Below, one piece after another: positions 40,701 through 48,555 of a DNA stretch of 64,000 nucleotides. This stretch comes from a virus. The notes under the pieces were generated by a model. The model ran no database searches and was not told where the DNA came from. It saw only the letters and a list, made by a program, of their open reading frames with translations. The stretch is taken from the IMG/VR virus record IMGVR_UViG_3300020182_003555. One strand, given 5' to 3'. The first letter of the stretch is position 1. Each line of letters opens with the position of its first letter. The position numbers and the translations under genes were made by a program.

Positions 40701-43053
40701 TTATATTACTGCTACTTCATCGAATAATGCTCAAGGAAGTGCATCTTTAACAGTAACCTCTGGGGCTGTTACCGGTCAGCCTAAACAATTTAAAACAAGC
40801 ATAGCTCAAGCCTCAGATTGGATTACGAGCGAAAATTCAGCCAAAATAAATTATGCAATAACTGTAATTGATCATGATAAACAAAAAAGAGAATTAGATG
40901 CAGAACAAAATTTAGTTAAAACTTTTGATGGAACAATAGCAAGAAAAGTAGATTTGCTTGCAAGCAAGCAAGCTGTGAAATATAATACAGCAGGGAAAAC
41001 TCCAAATCCTGGAAGTATTACATTAACTGCAGAAGCTCATAATACGGTTGGTACTGTAGCTTATATTTGGGAGGTGGATAACAGTTACAGTTTAGGTGGT
41101 ACTGGGTCAACCCGTACATTTAGCCCACCTAACGGTATATTTGATCCAATAAAAATAAAGGTAAAGATAAGCGAAAACGGGACAAGCGGGACTATCCTGG
41201 CTGAAGATGAGGTGACAATTTATGGTATTCAAGACGGATCTGACGTTATAACAGCAATATTAAGTAACGAAGCTCATTCTTTTACTGCTGATAGCGATGG
41301 AAATGTTTCAGACTATGGCGGCGGCCAGACAAGTATTCAAGTGTTTCAAGGTGCTACCGAGTTGAATTTTTCTATCGCTGATGTAGGCAACGACGCTTCA
41401 AAATATAATGTAGCAAAAACTGAGGGCGGAATAAATGCGGGTAATTTAGAACAACATTCAAATGGTTGTAGGACTCCCTCAGTCAGTAATATGGCTGGTA
41501 ATTCTGCTTTTATAGATTTTACAATTACAGGAAGAAATGATGAGGGTATTGAATTTGGACCAATAAATAAAGTTCAAACCTTTTCAAAGTCTATCGCTGG
41601 CGAAGGAGAAATAGGTAATCGAGGAGTTGGAGTTGTTTTTAGGGGACTCTGGGAGTCTGATAAAATATATATAGGAGCAACAGAAACATCTGATAGAGGA
41701 GATGTTGTTTTTTATGACGATGGGAATCAGTCTTCTTTTAAATATTGGATAGCGCAAGAAGATCATACTAGCGTTGATTTTGCAAGCGATAAGCTTGCAG
41801 GAAAATGGGAGAGTTTCGGCGCTGAGTTTGAGAGTGTTGCGACTGATTTATTATTATCGAAAGATGCTGTGATAACTCACACCCTTACAATGGGTCAAGG
41901 TGATATAAATGGTGGAAATGAATATGTTGGGCATGGCGGATTAATAAAGACTGTTGGAAAAGAATTTGGAAATGGAGTGACTGGGTTTTTCTTGGGTAAT
42001 ACAGGAAATCCTCCGAATCCTCAATTTGATGTTGGGGGAGAAAGTTCTTTTATTAGGTTTGATGGTGATTCAGATAGAGTAGAAATTAAAGGATCATTGA
42101 TTATTAATAGTAGGGATAATAATAATTTAAACAAAAATTCTATAGATGGAGAGGACGCAACATTTATTGGTGGTGGATATAATAATTCGATATCAGGTTT
42201 GGGTTCCTCGATTGTTGGTGGGGGAGGAAATGATATAAGTGGAAGGTTTTCTTTTATAGGTGGAGGTTTTGATAATAATATGGGCGACAATTTCTCTGCT
42301 ATTGTTGCTGGATACAATAACGAAATGCCAAATACTGGAGAGCTGCATCAAGGAGCTAATCTTATTGGGGCAGGAATACATAATATTATTGACGGAGGAA
42401 CTTCGCAAACTATAGTAAATGGAAGCGAAAACCTTATTCAGCAAACAGGAAATGTTGGGGACGAGCTTGTAGCTTTTGATGGTCAACAAGGTTGGCTTTC
42501 TCCAGGTTTTCTTGGAACTTTTTCTGGCTATGGGGGTGGAGGTTTTGCGTATAATAAAAGCGCTAATTTCGTGGATGGTTCGCCAGGTTGGGTTGAAAAC
42601 TCTTGGTGGCCATCATACAAAAAAGATTGGGGTGTGAATACGTTAAGTGATGTATTTTATATAGGAACTAACCGAGGAATAAGTCAAAGCGCCTGGGTTT
42701 ATCATACCGATTTAAAGTGGTGCCTCTTTCCGGATCAAAGTAGTGAAATGTATAATGACGCTGAATATAGAATTTATAATAGTTTATATGGAAAAGCTTA
42801 TCCTAATAAAGATTCGTTTTACGTCTTTATGGCAGGTTTTGACCCAGACTTTCAGGATTTTTATTTCTGGTACAAAGATGAAGGTTTTTCTCTGGCGCAG
42901 TCTGGGCTTTCTTTGGGTCTAGGTATTATGCTTTACAGATCGTCTCAAGTGAGCGCCAATACTGGATGGTATTTTTTAAAAAAGGATAATTCTGAAATTA
43001 AGTTGTATCATTTTGGCACTCAACAATGGCACTCACCGATTAGTGTGCCCTAA
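34762..43053 (+). CDS. large central tail fibre (J C-terminal part: FN3-like, CBM-like, Ig-like repeats, beta-helix)
   Basis: 2763 aa; YFWVRPVD.AGN.G FN3 motif; IGSAHIENAAITNAKI..LTADKI as in gpJ C-termini; IGGGxxN repeats. Confidence 0.8.
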   Translation: MVSTSLGVEFKVLDLSAKYEVVGTSDNYSFQYELGRGNDIVSNIGDTVQEVISLKGNYGVFKVRVFAVSDIGIRSSFLEDTVNISPPEFDGTFTFSNLKIDGISQISEVGKTIIHTPEYPGDKMIVNSEYIGRDIKLSWDLLPPAGHPLEGAPVSSELLSDKFFDHFKVKIKNGADSLIIEDSILDSSAALRNNLSTDEVSDKLNYYRDFNLHLSREVFEESELNLSRTVSFEIVGFDVFGNSCTGMLTGVNYEPNLTASQSLHGSKCSFAFSSLDTDFESTRIRFIAIPEGEALFDSSSIELNQEYYASINGASDYVFLKNEYIASGDRFVVFEDGHVYKSIQDHVSSDNLKPGNSDFWQDLGEKVPYITSQEDTDLDFFEVDQLFGYSYYYDFQPFDAYGSGAIYNLSEDSWGNSSLALRYSQYSDLKSITSSIKIRDLSFRERGDSLVFDWKFEDQDGLPVAISSYKYLTNVLDAPSVIGVSGHLFDNHTDQYLSGIFSEEIIESFSYSREKNNQIYKNGGYPPGVFSFDPSLVYSPGSSLNNCEVDQKLFSAYLDNSLEQPYIKPVYELWDSSRDYYKREGSPFSDIVSYNDKLFEVVQDFGPGLSSSLGLFNETSVYKAGDVVLFPVGFNIFTPSDRYFVGEMVLFEGSVFECLRDIEPNNILSFPDSNFEYWKKRHVYEKTNLFLFKANIDVGLSNTPPSEGSAEWSIQTPGSSSSFSLFADSFSSQPLTDNIYSEGFVFKRNVSNPTLAPTTPLVSLNQDYSAEEWTPFWELDDRFDDVVFKHVGIPEGGKRSVGLEVGIVDSNGTVVVSDRIIGDNPAPTISSNGFSVDSQSEVTKVKFNFNYIRGRQEKTTLLNLYRSDQPDFEITGSDGLPFTEINQTNSTFVKSVLGEGDATFGDNITQIVDDTAEVGEEITGYYYKLLPFDDFGSGVLYTAVDDKDPIEKVWVLPKNFHSKNPDAPTGPAIKITTDEIPGPVKNLEGETAFENYFLNWNMPNAQIQNNLLVDAAPNDISYYEVWQSAGQPNNFLQFSDGSFLTEEQNATGYRRIDGIQYTFGDNIPTEYEDFASGIVNATNVLDIDASSPSIQITHRGQVNDTSYFWVRPVDHAGNKGPFTGASDLANTDNVEGLKLILGQAKTTDIADFEQNITKTFPNTVALVPNNPFKNQDPNSSSISWESHYLYNNGTGYYISAGSTDDKFLYFTGSSLELTEDQKKEELKLGQAGGGTLDDSKNNPLRNVVFTGDYDSVDYHPAGQGQGTDNELPAVVDDSDFIIARNVNGVASPMWHAFANALIGSAHIENAAITNAKIHNLTADKIRSAEIKGQDIQVGLGGGSGQIRSAGFDGLADTGKGFVVSGDGSFVFAADDGRLHFDDGELVLEGKLKQVDGKEYTFIDLDASPDSFFYSELSDGTYVSDGPQTCEIRASFQNSFVQGNQVRFRVSNPNNGYEFIKYSDFNDNPASATYGKYNISGFKYDPTNGDFVGGEPKVATAEFNVTGFNQMINTVDSQLTTIIVSASGLNTSTERSIPINFVADGAAAVYVELTADQQVFEYDSDGNELATNSDPTLTAAAYNADGLIYYNFKDSAGLSLQDSESNSYVVPNIPEEFKDMPITFSVDISGQDDSAILASDRFTFFGTHPGKDSYSVFLTNENHTYPANENGFVSSSDLDVGKTQVRFFRGNQEYAFDETSPFGENTFSLVSMTSSDSAVTHSADPQGVGVDRKLFVKMAAYPDDKNEGTFTIKVKDNQYSSPDPEVTFEKIYTYSKSIEAAKGRTVELSADTQAVKYDTAGDNPTQNQTVTITAFTTNFIAQAQGGAGNVEYEFFVVTEPNTSNIKIKGRGPDNTVGVAIPNTHDGTATTNPATYSLPVTIECKAYDETVVAGNSVKDDDNQPRATDQITIFGLKEGSNAITVIQSQQFVNVPVKNDSSGGVTDVDVSNTENILTVFDGTNQLNYKSDPVPTTIDNADIGFYITATSSNNAQGSASLTVTSGAVTGQPKQFKTSIAQASDWITSENSAKINYAITVIDHDKQKRELDAEQNLVKTFDGTIARKVDLLASKQAVKYNTAGKTPNPGSITLTAEAHNTVGTVAYIWEVDNSYSLGGTGSTRTFSPPNGIFDPIKIKVKISENGTSGTILAEDEVTIYGIQDGSDVITAILSNEAHSFTADSDGNVSDYGGGQTSIQVFQGATELNFSIADVGNDASKYNVAKTEGGINAGNLEQHSNGCRTPSVSNMAGNSAFIDFTITGRNDEGIEFGPINKVQTFSKSIAGEGEIGNRGVGVVFRGLWESDKIYIGATETSDRGDVVFYDDGNQSSFKYWIAQEDHTSVDFASDKLAGKWESFGAEFESVATDLLLSKDAVITHTLTMGQGDINGGNEYVGHGGLIKTVGKEFGNGVTGFFLGNTGNPPNPQFDVGGESSFIRFDGDSDRVEIKGSLIINSRDNNNLNKNSIDGEDATFIGGGYNNSISGLGSSIVGGGGNDISGRFSFIGGGFDNNMGDNFSAIVAGYNNEMPNTGELHQGANLIGAGIHNIIDGGTSQTIVNGSENLIQQTGNVGDELVAFDGQQGWLSPGFLGTFSGYGGGGFAYNKSANFVDGSPGWVENSWWPSYKKDWGVNTLSDVFYIGTNRGISQSAWVYHTDLKWCLFPDQSSEMYNDAEYRIYNSLYGKAYPNKDSFYVFMAGFDPDFQDFYFWYKDEGFSLAQSGLSLGLGIMLYRSSQVSANTGWYFLKKDNSEIKLYHFGTQQWHSPISVP
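39400..41600 (+). repeat. three degenerate two-domain protein repeats in the fibre
   Basis: VELTADQQVFEYD/VELSADTQAVKYD/VDLLASKQAVKYN alternate with SVFLTNENH/TVIQSQQF/TAILSNEAH. Confidence 0.75.
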
Positions 43054-43072
43054 TAATGAAAGAAATTAAAAA

Positions 43073-43987
43073 ATGACAACTTCTTCCCCAACATCAACGC
43101 AAGGTTTCAGTGATTATTATAATGATAATAATTTCATTGGCGCTGGAGTAGATAATCAAATAATAAACAGCTCGAGATGCTCAATTCTTCAAGGCTCTTC
43201 TAGTTTTATTAGCGGTAAATATAATTGCCATGCAATAGGTGATTATATGGGCGCAGGCTCTCTTCAGCTTGAGGATAATACTTTTAATATAGGTTGCTTT
43301 AACGGAACTTATTCATGGGGGCCAATATTCGCAAAAAGAGGATTGTCTGTTACTCATGATGCTATGTTTGGTGGGGAGGTTAGGATTGGCGGAAGTAGCA
43401 ATAGGCATATTCAGCCTTCAGGTTTTTTTCCTGATAATTCATGGTTGGACATGGAAAACGGTTACTTTAAGGGTGGAAACGACTTTGGTTATGTAGATTT
43501 TGACGCTCAAATGGACCTGGAAGACATGACTCAAAGGTGGGCAGTAAGAATACATAATGGCTTTATAGAGGAAGATAGCGATACAAGTTCTGATCTTTTT
43601 ATAACCACCGATCCTTCCCAAACCCAAAAGCTTTCTAATTTGAATGTTCAAGGAGATGTAATTTCTTTTTCTTCCTCTGACAGGAATTTAAAAGATAATA
43701 TTTCTTTGATAAAAAACCCTCTCGATAAAGTTTTATCTCTTGATGCTGTAGAATTTGACTGGAATTCTAGCCAGCATGCATACAGAGGTCACGATCTCGG
43801 GTTGATTGCTCAACAGGTAGAAGAGGTTGCTCCAGAGTTGGTAGTCACCAGAAGTGATGGATACAAGGCAATTAAATATGATAAGATAAATTCTTTAATT
43901 GTTGGAGCCGTGCAGGAACAACAAAAGAAAATAGAATTTTTAGAAAAAAGGCTTGAAAGTCTGGAGCGGCGGTCTAGTCGTTCATAA
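43073..43987 (+). CDS. tail fibre protein with C-terminal peptidase S74 intramolecular chaperone
   Basis: SSDRNLKDNI, EFDWN, GLIAQQVEEVAPELV, KYDKI..L.V.AVQE followed by a coiled coil. Confidence 0.88.
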   Translation: MTTSSPTSTQGFSDYYNDNNFIGAGVDNQIINSSRCSILQGSSSFISGKYNCHAIGDYMGAGSLQLEDNTFNIGCFNGTYSWGPIFAKRGLSVTHDAMFGGEVRIGGSSNRHIQPSGFFPDNSWLDMENGYFKGGNDFGYVDFDAQMDLEDMTQRWAVRIHNGFIEEDSDTSSDLFITTDPSQTQKLSNLNVQGDVISFSSSDRNLKDNISLIKNPLDKVLSLDAVEFDWNSSQHAYRGHDLGLIAQQVEEVAPELVVTRSDGYKAIKYDKINSLIVGAVQEQQKKIEFLEKRLESLERRSSRS

Positions 43988-44801
43988 CTTTCATTAACAC
44001 TCTAGCTTGCGTCGCAGGTATATCTGAAAAGTCATTCCATTCTTTCACTGAATCGTTTTTGTATTTTCCATCTTTCCACCAATCTCTGAGATAAACTTTA
44101 AATTCTTCAAAGCTTGAGCAGTTTAATTTTTCTTTGGCTAAGTTTTCTATCATTGAGTGGGGGGTAAGTGATGGAGATGAATTTGATTGTCCGGAGAATG
44201 ACTTGTTATTCGATTTATCTATTTCATCGTCTCCTACGATATGCACGTTTAAAAAATTTCTCACGCATCTAACAAACGCTCTATTGCAAGCTATTGTTTC
44301 AAGGAATTTTGTGGCAAAGCTACTGGTGTTATTTAGAGTAGCGTTCGCCATATCTTGAAACTCAACAGCTTTGTTTCCTGTTTCATAGTTTGGTAAAAAT
44401 TTTATTTTGCAAACTGCTGCTACGTGATCTTGTTCACATTTAACTATGTCATAAGAAACATCCAGAAAACCTCTAAGCTTTGCAAGTTCTTTTATTCCGC
44501 TTAGTTTTATTAATAGTTGGTGATCTCCCAGTCCAACTACGCTCCTTGGCATATCTTTTTTTCTTAAATCAAACCATGATTTGTTCGGAAATAAATGCTC
44601 ATCTTTTATCATTGATCTCCAGTTTACTGATCCATCTTCTGCGAATTCATAATCAACGTTATCTAATAAGCCAAATTGATTTCTGCAGAATTTTCCTGGC
44701 CCATCTTTATAGTTTTTTATATAGTTTTTGGGTTCTTCTTTTATTTCTGCGGTTGATTCGAGAGTTACTGAGTTGTCTGTGGCTGATTTTGATTTTGTCA
44801 T
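43974..44801 (-). CDS. putative single-strand annealing/recombination protein
   Basis: LIKLSGIKELAKLRG and ETIACNRAFVRCVR loosely resemble RecT/Rad52-type SSAP motifs. Confidence 0.35.
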   Translation of the reverse strand: MTKSKSATDNSVTLESTAEIKEEPKNYIKNYKDGPGKFCRNQFGLLDNVDYEFAEDGSVNWRSMIKDEHLFPNKSWFDLRKKDMPRSVVGLGDHQLLIKLSGIKELAKLRGFLDVSYDIVKCEQDHVAAVCKIKFLPNYETGNKAVEFQDMANATLNNTSSFATKFLETIACNRAFVRCVRNFLNVHIVGDDEIDKSNNKSFSGQSNSSPSLTPHSMIENLAKEKLNCSSFEEFKVYLRDWWKDGKYKNDSVKEWNDFSDIPATQARVLMKVMND

Positions 44802-45961
44802 TATTTGCTTTCGTTGTAAATTTTTATTATGTTCAAGTCTTCCCAGAATTCTTCACAATCAATAATTTCATTATGATTTCCTGGCTTGTCGTACTTCCAC
44901 GCAGCCTTACTGTTGTATATTTGGCCTCCTGATACTATTTTCATTGAACATTTATAACGAGAATTATCGCATAGTTTTTCTGATTTGTCAAGATCTTTTT
45001 TTGTTTTTGGTTGTTGTAGTAAAATATTCCAATCAAAAAACTTAACTCTTATATTGTTTATATTTTTTTTATCTTTGCTTATTAAATTAAATTTTATATT
45101 TGATCTTTCTAATAATCTAAAATAGTTTTCATTATCTTCTTCTGATACATAGTAATTTATATAGTTTATGTTATCCTTTATTATATTGAGGTATTTTATT
45201 TGCATGGGTTTATCTAGGAAAATATTGCATTTTCTATCGTATGCCCATTTGACTATATTTTCTTCATCAAAGCATTCGTTACCCCATATGTTTACTGCTT
45301 GACCCTCTGCGAAAGAGGACGGCATGATGTGGTTTGGCACAACAGATATAGAGCTTTTGTGGTACTCCACTCCAGTATGTATTGTTTCTATTTTATCTAG
45401 ATCATTCTTTATTTTTAATAAATTTAATACGCCCAAAGCTATCTCTTCTGGCTTGATTAGGTTAACTGTTTTTGGCAGCTCTTTACTTGAGAAGGAGGGC
45501 TTTAGCCCTTTTCTATCTGACTCTATTAATATTTGATTATTTTTGTCGCCCCAATAAGGGCCGCAACATTCTTTATATAATATACTATATAGGCACACTA
45601 TTTTTTTGTTGTATCCTGACGCTATATGTGTGCTGAATGAGTCGTTTCCGAAGTGGAGTAAGGAGTTTTTTATTAAATAGGCTGTTTGCCTTATTGAGGT
45701 CTTTCCGTGGAAATTCGTGCATCCAGGTATGCCTTTGTCGTCTTTTCCTCCTATTTGTATAATTTTTATTCCCATTTTTCTTAGGTAGGGTTCAATCATT
45801 AAAATTACATCTTCAAAGTAGTCGTAGTTTTTTGATTCCATTCCGCTGCTCGCATGCAGCGTTATATATTTATCGTGCGGAACCGGAAAAAAAAGAGGTT
45901 CTATGTGAGGAGTATCTATCTTAACTCCGCAGGAAAGCGCATATTGTTCTATTAAGTGCAT
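44801..45961 (-). CDS. GT9 (heptosyltransferase-like) C-terminal domain protein
   Basis: YITLHASSG..SKNY, IIQIGG, GKTSIRQTAYLI, FGNDSFSTHIA. Confidence 0.75.
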   Translation of the reverse strand: MHLIEQYALSCGVKIDTPHIEPLFFPVPHDKYITLHASSGMESKNYDYFEDVILMIEPYLRKMGIKIIQIGGKDDKGIPGCTNFHGKTSIRQTAYLIKNSLLHFGNDSFSTHIASGYNKKIVCLYSILYKECCGPYWGDKNNQILIESDRKGLKPSFSSKELPKTVNLIKPEEIALGVLNLLKIKNDLDKIETIHTGVEYHKSSISVVPNHIMPSSFAEGQAVNIWGNECFDEENIVKWAYDRKCNIFLDKPMQIKYLNIIKDNINYINYYVSEEDNENYFRLLERSNIKFNLISKDKKNINNIRVKFFDWNILLQQPKTKKDLDKSEKLCDNSRYKCSMKIVSGGQIYNSKAAWKYDKPGNHNEIIDCEEFWEDLNIIKIYNESK

Positions 45962-47856
45962 ATGTCGAATTGTATTTTATCTTTTCCGTTGTGCATGTAA
46001 TTTAACATTCTTTGAGTTCCTATGAAAGGTAAAAAAGCTATTTCAAAGAAACCTTCGTGATCTCCGTGCCCTTCCATTACTGTAAGGTTATCTAAATTCT
46101 TATCGTAGGGTATAACCTTATGTATATAAGGATTTCCTTCTAGTACTTCAAAATACTCTTTTTTCGTTGCAAAGTAAATATTTAAATCTGGGTAAGTCTC
46201 TTTTATGTTTTTTAGTAAAGAAGTGCATAGATATACATCTCCTATACTTTCGGGCATCGATATTAAAAGCCTTTTCCCTTTATCGTCCTCACTTAAAAGC
46301 TCAGAGAAATTTATGTTTTTATTTTTTTCATTATCTTTTGCTGCTACTTGCTTAAAGTATTTTAATATTTCATCCCTGGTGGCGCCTTCGGATAATTTTT
46401 TTGACCAATGCTTGTGCCCATCATCAGATTCTTTAATTTCCATATCTAGGATATTTCTATAAATATCTTTTAACCAATCAGATTGATCCTCTATCTCTGG
46501 AGGGTTATATTCAGGGTTTTTAGGTTTTGATTTAAAATCAAAATCCCAATCTGGAGCATACATATTATCTAGAAGTAGCTCCAGTTTTTTTCCTATAGAT
46601 TCTATTCCGTAATTTTTTATTGTAAAATCTCTAGCTTTCCTGCCAAGCTCTTCTCTTTTACTGTTACTCATTCTGAATACTTTTCTTAATTGACTGGCTA
46701 TACTGTCAGGACTGGTGCTAGCTTTGATAAACTGGGTGCCCGGTTCTCTATATTCAGTCCAGCTAAGCGGTAGGCCTGCCGAGTCTTTGGTGCAGCAATC
46801 TTCTCCGCAGCTATAATTTGTTACTAGAGTTATCAACTCTGTTAGCTTCGCTTCTTGTATAGGTATCTCTTGACCCCCGCTTGTAAATGGGTGGCAATAG
46901 ACGTCCATGCAGTTATATATCTGATTTAACTGAATTTCACTAACTCCTAGTTTAGCATTTGTTGTGTTTTGGCTTTTCTTTGAACCGCAAAAAGGGCAAT
47001 CTTCTTCCTCTTTCGAGAAACTTTTTATCTCGAAGTTTTTGCAATTAGAGCATATATAAGTAGTTAATACTCTGGATGGATCTATTTTCTTCTCCTTGAT
47101 TAGCCTCGGGATATCCCAGCCCTCTGACCAGCTAGTGTGTAATAGTAATTTAGCTGATGAGTTTGGATTTTGGTTACAAAAAATCTTGAATCCTTCAAGT
47201 AGATTTGGGACGCTCTTTCTTAATTGGTTCCTGAAAACGAAACCTATCACAAAGTCTTTATCTATTTTAAAGAAGTTTCTTATCTTCTTTCTATCTTGAT
47301 CCTCTAACTTTTTAAAGTTTGAGGTGTCTAGGGCTCCATGTAAAGTTTTTACATGATCGTGACCTAATTTATTTAAAGCTTTTGACGCGAAGGATGACCA
47401 CGTAAAATAGTTTTTGATCTCTGGGGCAACTTTCTCTGCTTCGGGTAGTATTGGCAGGCTGTCTAAAGTAGTCCAGATCATGCAATTTATTTTGTTCCAC
47501 CATTTCTTTTCTGTATATCCTGAGAAGGCCCATATGTCTTCTATACCTATGTAAACATCAGGTTTCTCCTGTTCAATTATCTTGTCAATCGTGTGGGTTC
47601 CGTAGCTGGCGCTTCTTGCTAAACTTGGATCTTCTTTTAATTTTCTTAATAAAGATGGATTGTTAGGGAGAGAGCCCTCACACTTCCATGGCAAGTTTTT
47701 TAAAGACGAGTCTCCCCATTGTATGCCGTTTGAGAACTCTACTATATCATACTTTCCTGTTTTTTGTAAGTAGAGTAGTATATTTTTCGTATGCTTTCCG
47801 AATCCAGTAAAAGCTTTACAGTGATTGGAGTGTATTAAGATTTTTTTTTTATTCAT
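45952..47856 (-). CDS. GT-B (GT4-like) glycosyltransferase with a zinc-ribbon insert and a C-terminal GT9 N-domain
   Basis: TGFGKH, RNQLRKSVP, DVYCHPFTSGGQEIPIQEA; CSNC...CPFC; SIGDV.L.T.LLKNIKETYPD. Confidence 0.8.
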   Translation of the reverse strand: MNKKKILIHSNHCKAFTGFGKHTKNILLYLQKTGKYDIVEFSNGIQWGDSSLKNLPWKCEGSLPNNPSLLRKLKEDPSLARSASYGTHTIDKIIEQEKPDVYIGIEDIWAFSGYTEKKWWNKINCMIWTTLDSLPILPEAEKVAPEIKNYFTWSSFASKALNKLGHDHVKTLHGALDTSNFKKLEDQDRKKIRNFFKIDKDFVIGFVFRNQLRKSVPNLLEGFKIFCNQNPNSSAKLLLHTSWSEGWDIPRLIKEKKIDPSRVLTTYICSNCKNFEIKSFSKEEEDCPFCGSKKSQNTTNAKLGVSEIQLNQIYNCMDVYCHPFTSGGQEIPIQEAKLTELITLVTNYSCGEDCCTKDSAGLPLSWTEYREPGTQFIKASTSPDSIASQLRKVFRMSNSKREELGRKARDFTIKNYGIESIGKKLELLLDNMYAPDWDFDFKSKPKNPEYNPPEIEDQSDWLKDIYRNILDMEIKESDDGHKHWSKKLSEGATRDEILKYFKQVAAKDNEKNKNINFSELLSEDDKGKRLLISMPESIGDVYLCTSLLKNIKETYPDLNIYFATKKEYFEVLEGNPYIHKVIPYDKNLDNLTVMEGHGDHEGFFEIAFLPFIGTQRMLNYMHNGKDKIQFDICT

Positions 47857-48506
47857 TAAAACGGAGCATCCTCTGAGGGCGTCGGTTTTTCGGTTTTATT
47901 ATTTGCGCCATCACAAGAAATGTTTAGTAGTTTTTGAAGCATACCTAATCCTCCAGCTAGATAATCTTGGGATCTATTATCGCTTTTATCTCGATAGCTT
48001 TGCATCTTTTTATGGTCCTCTATTCTTCTGTACTCGTAGAGACAATGAAGGTAATGTTTAAAAAATTCGGTTAGATTCTCTACCTCGCCAGGTTCTAGTG
48101 GTATTCTGAAATTTTGACTTCCATTTCTAGTTAGGGTTATTCCGAAGGCGGGAAGAGTTACCCATTTTTCAGAATCTGCGGTTTTTATTTTTGACTTCTT
48201 GTCCCAGGGGGTAAATTTTATTGAAGTCTTGTTGTCTTCAAATGCATGAAAAGATGAGAATTCGTTTCTGTTTTTAAACGCGCTTATTACTCCGCCTATT
48301 TCGAATTCAGTAAATTTTATATTTATTTTTTTATCTGGATCATTCGCATTTTGAGAAAAGCTTCCCGTTTTTGTTTTGTCGTTCCAGCTGTGCTGTTGAA
48401 TGGCGTTTGCGTAAACAACCGGCTCTTTCTTTTTGTTGTGACCTATTGAGAAATTGAAAGCGCAACCTGCGTTTTTGCTGTTTGGTTTGTATAAAGATAA
48501 TGACAT
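47856..48506 (-). CDS. hypothetical protein, possibly ssDNA-binding (PC4/Whirly-like)
   Basis: Beta-strand/helix pattern and SSB-type tail SEDAPF; has its own sigma70-like promoter. Confidence 0.35.
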   Translation of the reverse strand: MSLSLYKPNSKNAGCAFNFSIGHNKKKEPVVYANAIQQHSWNDKTKTGSFSQNANDPDKKINIKFTEFEIGGVISAFKNRNEFSSFHAFEDNKTSIKFTPWDKKSKIKTADSEKWVTLPAFGITLTRNGSQNFRIPLEPGEVENLTEFFKHYLHCLYEYRRIEDHKKMQSYRDKSDNRSQDYLAGGLGMLQKLLNISCDGANNKTEKPTPSEDAPF

Positions 48507-48527
48507 GATGTTAAAGATATTTTAATA

Positions 48528-48555
48528 ATAATAACATTCATATTTGTTTTGTCAA
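48528..48555 (-). promoter_or_regulatory. sigma70-type promoter
   Basis: TTGACA (48555-48550), 16 nt, TATTAT (48533-48528). Confidence 0.5.
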
